From Anaeromyxobacter sp. (lineage in GTDB: Bacteria > Myxococcota > Myxococcia > Myxococcales > Anaeromyxobacteraceae): a stretch of 64,000 nucleotides of DNA. The position numbers and the translations under genes are program-made. Every line of letters begins with the position of its first letter. The first letter of the stretch is position 1. Below are positions 57,232 to 64,000 of the stretch, piece by piece. The notes under the pieces are model-generated. The model was not told the origin of the DNA. It did no database searches and was given only the letters and a program-made list of their open reading frames with translations. The DNA is taken from contig JASGJN010000007.1 of the NCBI GenBank assembly GCA_049840735.1, positions 32,001 through 96,000 of the forward strand. Direction: 5' to 3'.

Positions 57232-58237
57232 GTGCTTCGCTCCCCCCAGCGCGTGCTCGTGACCGGCGCCACCGGCGCCGTCGGCCGCGCGCTCCTGCCG
57301 GCCCTGCGCGCCGCCGGCCACCAGGTGCGCGCCACCTCCCGCCACGCCCGCCCGGCCGGGGACGGCGGCGTGGAGTGGGTGGCGGCGGAATCTCTCGCGG
57401 CCGGCGGCGCTGCCGCGCGTGCTGGACGGGGTGGACGCGGCCTACTTCCTGGTGCACGGGATGGGCAGCGGCCGGGAGGACTACGCCGAGGAGGAGCGGC
57501 GGACCGCGGCCGCCTTCTCGCGCGCCGCGGCGCTGGCCGGGGTGGGGCGGGTCGTCTACCTGGGCGGCCTGGCGCCGCGCGGGCCGCCCTCGCGCCACCT
57601 GGCCAGCCGGCTCGCGGTGGGCGAGGTGCTGCGCGCCGGGCGCGTGCCGGCCCTGGAGCTGCGCGCGTCGATGATCGTCGGCCCGGGCAGCGCCTCCTGG
57701 CAGGTGGTGCGTGACCTGGCGCTGCGCCTGCCGGCCATGGTGCTCCCGGCCTGGTCCGCGACGCGCACCTGCCCGGTCTGGATCGGCGACGTGGTGGCGG
57801 CGCTGGTGGCCGGGCTGGCGCTGCCGCTCCCGCGTGCCGCCTGCTTCGACCTGCCCGGTCCGGACGTGCTGACGGTGCGCGAGATCCTGGCGCGCGTGGC
57901 GGCGCTGCGCGGGCGCGCGCTGCCGGCGGTGCGCTCGCCGCTGCCGGTGCCGCGGGTCTCGATGGTCTGGCTCAAGCTGGTGTCGGAGGCCGACTGGCGC
58001 GTGGTGCGGGAGCTGGTGCAGGGGCTGGAGCACGACCTCCTGCCGCGCGACGGCCGCTTCTGGGCGCTGGCCGGGCTGCCGCCGCCGCTCCCCTTCGACG
58101 AGGCGGCGCGCCGCGCGCTGCAGGCGGGCCGGGCGCGCCGGGCCGGCTGGCGCGGGGCGCTGGCGGCGCTGGAGGAGGCGGCGGTGGACCGGTACGCGCC
58201 CAGGCTGCGCGAGGGTGGGGCGCCGAGCCCGCACTAA
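57232..58237 (+). CDS. Atypical SDR / NAD(P)H-binding protein (YbjT-like); apparent frameshift at ~57389
   Basis: VLVTGATGAVG; AYFLVHGM, VYLGGL, SRHLASR, LRASMIVGPGSAS. Confidence 0.85.
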
Positions 58238-58890
58238 CCCGGCGCGGCCAGCGTGGCGATCAGCACGCTCCAGAGCGCGTGCGAGACCATGGCCACCAGC
58301 GGCCCCCCGCGCCAGGCCGCCAGCGCGCCCCAGACCGGGTAGGTGCAGGCCATGGCCAGCGCCAGGAAGGGCTCGCGGGTGGCGAGCGCGAGCGCCACCG
58401 CCAGCGCCGTCGCGGCGGCCACGCCGCCGGCCGACCCCAGGCGCCTCGCCAGGCGGGGCTGGGCCAGCCCGCGCCAGAACAGCTCCTCGGCGGGCGCGAT
58501 GATCAGCGCCAGCGCCAGCCCCGGGCCGGGCGCCTGGGGCTGGAAGCGGGCGAACAGGTCGTGCAGGGGCGGGCAGAGCGCCTGCGAGAGGGGGCCGCAG
58601 GAGGCCCAGAGGAAGAGGCGGGCGGCCGCGTAGAGGGCCAGGCCGGAGCCGAGCCCCAGCGCCGCGTCTGGCAGCCACCGGCGCGCGGCGCCGGGGCGGG
58701 CGGGGGGACGGGCGGCGGCCGAGAGCGCGAGCCAGAGCGCGGCCAGCGGGGTGGCCCAGCGGAAGAAGCCGGCGGGGCTGGCGGAGACCAGCGCCGACCA
58801 GGCCACCGCCGCGGCGCAGGCCGCCGCCGTCCAGGCGTCGCTGCGGGCCCGCGGCGGCGCGGGGGAGGGCTCCGTGTCCGGCGGGGACAT
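58234..58890 (-). CDS. CPBP (CAAX protease-like) intramembrane glutamic endopeptidase
   Basis: PAEELFWRG and SHALWS motifs; multiple TM helices. Confidence 0.8.
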   Translation of the reverse strand: MSPPDTEPSPAPPRARSDAWTAAACAAAVAWSALVSASPAGFFRWATPLAALWLALSAAARPPARPGAARRWLPDAALGLGSGLALYAAARLFLWASCGPLSQALCPPLHDLFARFQPQAPGPGLALALIIAPAEELFWRGLAQPRLARRLGSAGGVAAATALAVALALATREPFLALAMACTYPVWGALAAWRGGPLVAMVSHALWSVLIATLAAPG

Positions 58891-58938
58891 GGACCCCACA
58901 TTACCGCCGGAGCCCAGGCCCAGGAAGGAAGGGACCGC

Positions 58939-60336
58939 ATGTCCGGCTTGTCGTCGGTGAACCCCGCCACCGGGGAGGTGGAGGCCCGCTTCGAGGAGCT
59001 CTCGGAGGTCGAGCTGGAGCGCCGCGTGGCGCGGGCGGCCGACGTCCAGCGGGTCTGGCGCCGGCAGCCCATCGCCAATCGCGCCCGGCTCCTCTCCCGC
59101 GCCGCCGACGTGCTGGAGGCGGGCGCCGATCGCTTCGGGCGGATCATGACCGCCGAGATGGGCAAGACGCTGGCCTCGGCCCGCGCCGAGGTGGAGAAGT
59201 GCGCCCGGGCCTGCCGGTACTACGCCGCCGAGGGCGAGGGGTTCCTGGCCGACGAGGAGCTCCCCGCGCGGCCGCTGCGCGCCTACCGCCGCTACCTGCC
59301 GCTGGGGCCGGTGCTGGCCGTCATGCCCTGGAACTTCCCGTTCTGGCAGGTCTTCCGCTTCGCGGCGCCGGCGCTGCTGGCGGGCAACGTGGGGCTGCTC
59401 AAGCACGCCTCCTCGGTGCCGCGCTGCGCGCTGGCGCTGGAGGAGGTCTTCCGGGAGGCCGGCTTTCCCGCCGGCGTCTTCCAGGCGCTGCTGATCGGCT
59501 CGGCGCGGGTGGAGCGGCTGGTGCTGGACCCGCGGATCGCGGCGGTGACGCTGACCGGCAGCGAGGCCGCCGGCGCGGCGGTGGCGGCCGCGGCCGGCCG
59601 GGCGCTCAAGCCGGTGGTGCTCGAGCTGGGCGGCTCGGACCCGTTCGTGGTCCTGCCCAGCGCCGACCTGGAGGCGGCGGCCCGCGCGGCGGTGGAGGGA
59701 CGGACCGTGAACGCCGGGCAGTCCTGCATCGCGGCCAAGCGGTTCATCGTCCACGAGGCGGTGGCGGACCGGTTCGAGGCGGCCTTCGCCAGCCGCATGG
59801 GCGCGCTGCGCATGGGCGATCCCACCGACCCCGCCACCGAGCTGGGGCCGCTGGCCTCCCGGGCCGAGGTGGAGCGGGTGGCCGCCCAGGTGGAGGCGCT
59901 GCTGGCGGCGGGCGCGCGGCGCCTGGTGGGCGGGCCGCCGCCGCCCGGGCCGGGCTGCTGGTTCCCGCCCACCGTGCTGGCCGACGTGCCGCGCGAGGCG
60001 GCCGCCGCGCGCGAGGAGATCTTCGGGCCGGTGGCGCTCCTCTTCCGCGTGGCCAGCCTGGACGAGGCCATCGCGCTGGCCAACGACGTGCCCTTCGGCC
60101 TGGCCTCCAGCGTCTGGACGCAGGATCCGGCCGAGCGCGCGCGGCTGGTGGACGAGCTCGAGGCGGGCGCCACCTTCGTCAACGCGGTGGTGGCCTCCGA
60201 CCCGCGCCTGCCCTTCGGCGGGGTGAAGCGGTCCGGCCACGGCCGCGAGCTGTCGCGGGAGGGGATCCGCTCCTTCGTCAACGTGAAGACGGTGGTGATC
60301 CAGTCCCAGCCGGCCGCGGCGGGCCGGACCGAGTGA
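58939..60336 (+). CDS. NAD(P)-dependent succinate-semialdehyde dehydrogenase-like aldehyde dehydrogenase
   Basis: VMPWNFPFWQ, LKHAS, LTGSE, LELGGSDP, GQSCIAAKR, EEIFGP, PFGGVKRSG. Confidence 0.93.
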   Translation: MSGLSSVNPATGEVEARFEELSEVELERRVARAADVQRVWRRQPIANRARLLSRAADVLEAGADRFGRIMTAEMGKTLASARAEVEKCARACRYYAAEGEGFLADEELPARPLRAYRRYLPLGPVLAVMPWNFPFWQVFRFAAPALLAGNVGLLKHASSVPRCALALEEVFREAGFPAGVFQALLIGSARVERLVLDPRIAAVTLTGSEAAGAAVAAAAGRALKPVVLELGGSDPFVVLPSADLEAAARAAVEGRTVNAGQSCIAAKRFIVHEAVADRFEAAFASRMGALRMGDPTDPATELGPLASRAEVERVAAQVEALLAAGARRLVGGPPPPGPGCWFPPTVLADVPREAAAAREEIFGPVALLFRVASLDEAIALANDVPFGLASSVWTQDPAERARLVDELEAGATFVNAVVASDPRLPFGGVKRSGHGRELSREGIRSFVNVKTVVIQSQPAAAGRTE

Positions 60337-60378
60337 AGGTGGGTGGGCCGGCGCCCCGGGTTCTGGTAGAGAGATGGG

Positions 60379-61470
60379 GTGTCCTGGCTCTCCCGCCTGC
60401 TTGGTCGCAAGACGCTGTCGGACGCCCTCCGGGAGGTCGAGGCGGAGACGCTGGCCGCCCCCGCGGCGCCGTCCGGCCCGAGGCTGCCCGACCGCCCCGA
60501 CGCCGCGCCCGAGGACTGGGCCGCCGCGCTGGGCGTGACGCTGGCGGTGCTGGAGGCCGCCGAGCCCGCGCCGCCCTCGCCGGCCGAGGTCGAGCTGGCG
60601 CAGGCCGTGCTGGCGCACTTCGACGCCCACCGGCCCGGGCCCGCCTCCTTCCCCTCCATCGCGCTCAAGATCCTCGACCTGGTGCGCGACCCCAGGGTGG
60701 ACGCCGGCGCGCTGGCCCGCAACATCGAGCAGGATCCGGCGCTGTCGGCGGGCGTGCTGGTGCTGGCCAACTCCGCCGTCTTCCGCGGGCTGGACAAGAT
60801 CGAGACGGTGCGCGAGGCGGTGACGCGGCTCGGGCTGGGCGAGGTGGCGCGGCTGGCGGCGGCGCTCTCGACGCGGTCGCTGTTCCGCGCCGGGGTGCGG
60901 GCCGAGTTCGAGCTCTTCGGTCCGGTCTGGAACCGGCTCTACTACCACGGGGCCACCGTGGCCCGCGCCGCCTCGGAGCTGGCCCGCGCGCGCCAGCTGG
61001 GCGAGCCGGACCGGGTCTTCCTGGGCGGCATGCTCCACGACGTGGGCAAGTCCATCGCGCTCCGCTCGGTGGCGGCGCTGGAGCTGGAGGACCGGATCCC
61101 GCGGCTGGAGGCGTCGGCGGTGGACCGGCTCCTGCACCAGGTGCACGTGCAGGTCGGGGCCGAGGCCCACCGCGAGTGGGGGCTGCCGCCGGGGCTGGCC
61201 AGCCTGGCCGAGTTCCACCACCTGCCGGAGATCGAGGCCGGGCCGGCGCAGGCCGAGCTGCACCTGGTGCGGCTGGTCTCGGCGCTGGAGCTGCACCGGT
61301 CCTCGCCGGGCATCTCGCCCAGCGCGCTCCCGGAGGCGCTGGACAGCGCCCGTGCGCTGGGGCTCGGCCCCGCGCGCGTGGCCGCGCTGCTCGCGACGCT
61401 GGCCGAGACCGGCGACTGGGTCCGGATGGTCTTCGGCGAGGAGTCCGGCGGGCCGGCCGCGGCGCGGTAG
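60379..61470 (+). CDS. HDOD domain protein
   Basis: SFPSIA, IEQDPALSA..LANS, AVTRLG, GMLHDVGK, WGLP, FHH. Confidence 0.9.
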   Translation: MSWLSRLLGRKTLSDALREVEAETLAAPAAPSGPRLPDRPDAAPEDWAAALGVTLAVLEAAEPAPPSPAEVELAQAVLAHFDAHRPGPASFPSIALKILDLVRDPRVDAGALARNIEQDPALSAGVLVLANSAVFRGLDKIETVREAVTRLGLGEVARLAAALSTRSLFRAGVRAEFELFGPVWNRLYYHGATVARAASELARARQLGEPDRVFLGGMLHDVGKSIALRSVAALELEDRIPRLEASAVDRLLHQVHVQVGAEAHREWGLPPGLASLAEFHHLPEIEAGPAQAELHLVRLVSALELHRSSPGISPSALPEALDSARALGLGPARVAALLATLAETGDWVRMVFGEESGGPAAAR

Positions 61471-61471
61471 C

Positions 61472-63145
<1,674 letters not shown>

Positions 63146-63402
63146 GCCTCCCGCTTAGCGCGCGCGCGCCGCGCCGTCTGCGGCTCGGGCGGGCGCGCAC
63201 CACACGTCGGGCAAGGTGAGCGTCTGGAGCAGGGATATCGGGGGAGGCGCCCGGGGAACGCCCGATCGGCGGGTCTGCGTCCCAGGTTCGTGTGGCAGTC
63301 ACCGGCGCGCACGCCCGGGCGAGCGCGGCAGAGTGGTATCGCTCGATCGCGCGAATTGGCCCGTTCTTGCGTGCGTGCTCGACACGCCGGTAGGATCCGC
63401 GC

Positions 63403-64000
63403 GTGAAATTCTCCTGCGAGCGGTGCGGAAAGCGCTACGCGACCGCGGACGTCCCGATCCCGGGTCGCGTCTACAAGCTGAAGTGCAAGGCGTGCGGCCA
63501 CCTCATCGTGGTGAGGGGCTCCGCGGCCGGAACGGTCACCCCCGAACCCTCGGCGCCGCCGAGCGCGGCGCCTCCTCCGCCCGCGCCGCCTCCGGCCGCG
63601 GTCGAGGCGCCCCGGCCGCCGCCGGTGGTCCCGGCCGCGCCGCCGATCGCGGCGCCGAGGCCGACGCCCGTCCCGCCGGCCGCGCCGGCGCCGGTCTTCG
63701 CTCCTCCGCCGGTGGTGGCCGAGCCGCCGCCTCCCCCGCCGCCTCCGGTCTTCACGCCGCCGGTGTTCGCCAGGGCCGAGCCGATCGCGGAGCCGCCGCC
63801 TCCTCCGCCGCCGGCGCCGGCGCCCGCGCGACCGGCGCCGCTCTCCGACGACGACTTCGTCCCGCCGCCCGCGCCGGAGGGCAGCGGCTACGTGGACCTG
63901 TTCGCCGACGGCGGCGCCAGCACCGCGCTGCCGCTCTCCCCGCCGCCGGCCGCCGAGCCGGCCTTCAAGGCGGCCAGCAAGCCGGAGCCCAAGGCAGAGC
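63403..64000 (+). CDS. Zinc-ribbon (MJ0042-type) N-terminal domain protein with Pro-rich linker; partial, runs off the window
   Basis: GTG 63403: MKFSCERCGKRY...KLKCKACGHLIVV (2 x CxxC), then poly-Pro/Ala; open to the window end. Confidence 0.8.
   Translation, partial: MKFSCERCGKRYATADVPIPGRVYKLKCKACGHLIVVRGSAAGTVTPEPSAPPSAAPPPPAPPPAAVEAPRPPPVVPAAPPIAAPRPTPVPPAAPAPVFAPPPVVAEPPPPPPPPVFTPPVFARAEPIAEPPPPPPPAPAPARPAPLSDDDFVPPPAPEGSGYVDLFADGGASTALPLSPPPAAEPAFKAASKPEPKAE

Overview
Very GC-rich bacterial chromosomal segment whose gene content and protein style suggest a myxobacterium, most likely Anaeromyxobacter-like (inference). It holds about 55 CDS. I saw no rRNA, tRNA, CRISPR array, prophage or transposase. 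Main blocks in order: partial Cache-domain chemoreceptor; secreted PA-domain metallopeptidase with a small partner; a co-oriented iron/heme cluster with Fur-like boxes (beta-barrel, feoA, feoA, feoB, Cys-rich peptide, ferritin, ccsBA); CotH lipoprotein; msrB; pgi; osmoprotectant ABC transporter; a hemerythrin / FMN-split-barrel / split-barrel-GAF-wHTH cluster with a phased upstream repeat; a convergent cyclase and kinase-pseudocyclase pair; rsgA; a short-form leuA behind a Leu-rich leader peptide; a DUF2760 + two atypical Hsp70 operon; a giant poly-HAMP hybrid kinase; RudS-like gene + class II photolyase; an aldehyde dehydrogenase; HDOD protein; acyl-CoA dehydrogenase; and a partial zinc-ribbon protein. 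A REP-like palindrome family is dispersed through the window, with copies in tandem, nested, and in frame inside genes. About 11 apparent frameshifts occur, most at or beside GATC (usually GAGATC), and look like systematic long-read errors rather than pseudogenes. Best candidates for undescribed systems: the hemerythrin-flavin-GAF regulator module (22.4-25.2 kb) and the DUF2760/dual-Hsp70 operon (37.7-43.1 kb). All family assignments are from motif recognition, not database searches.
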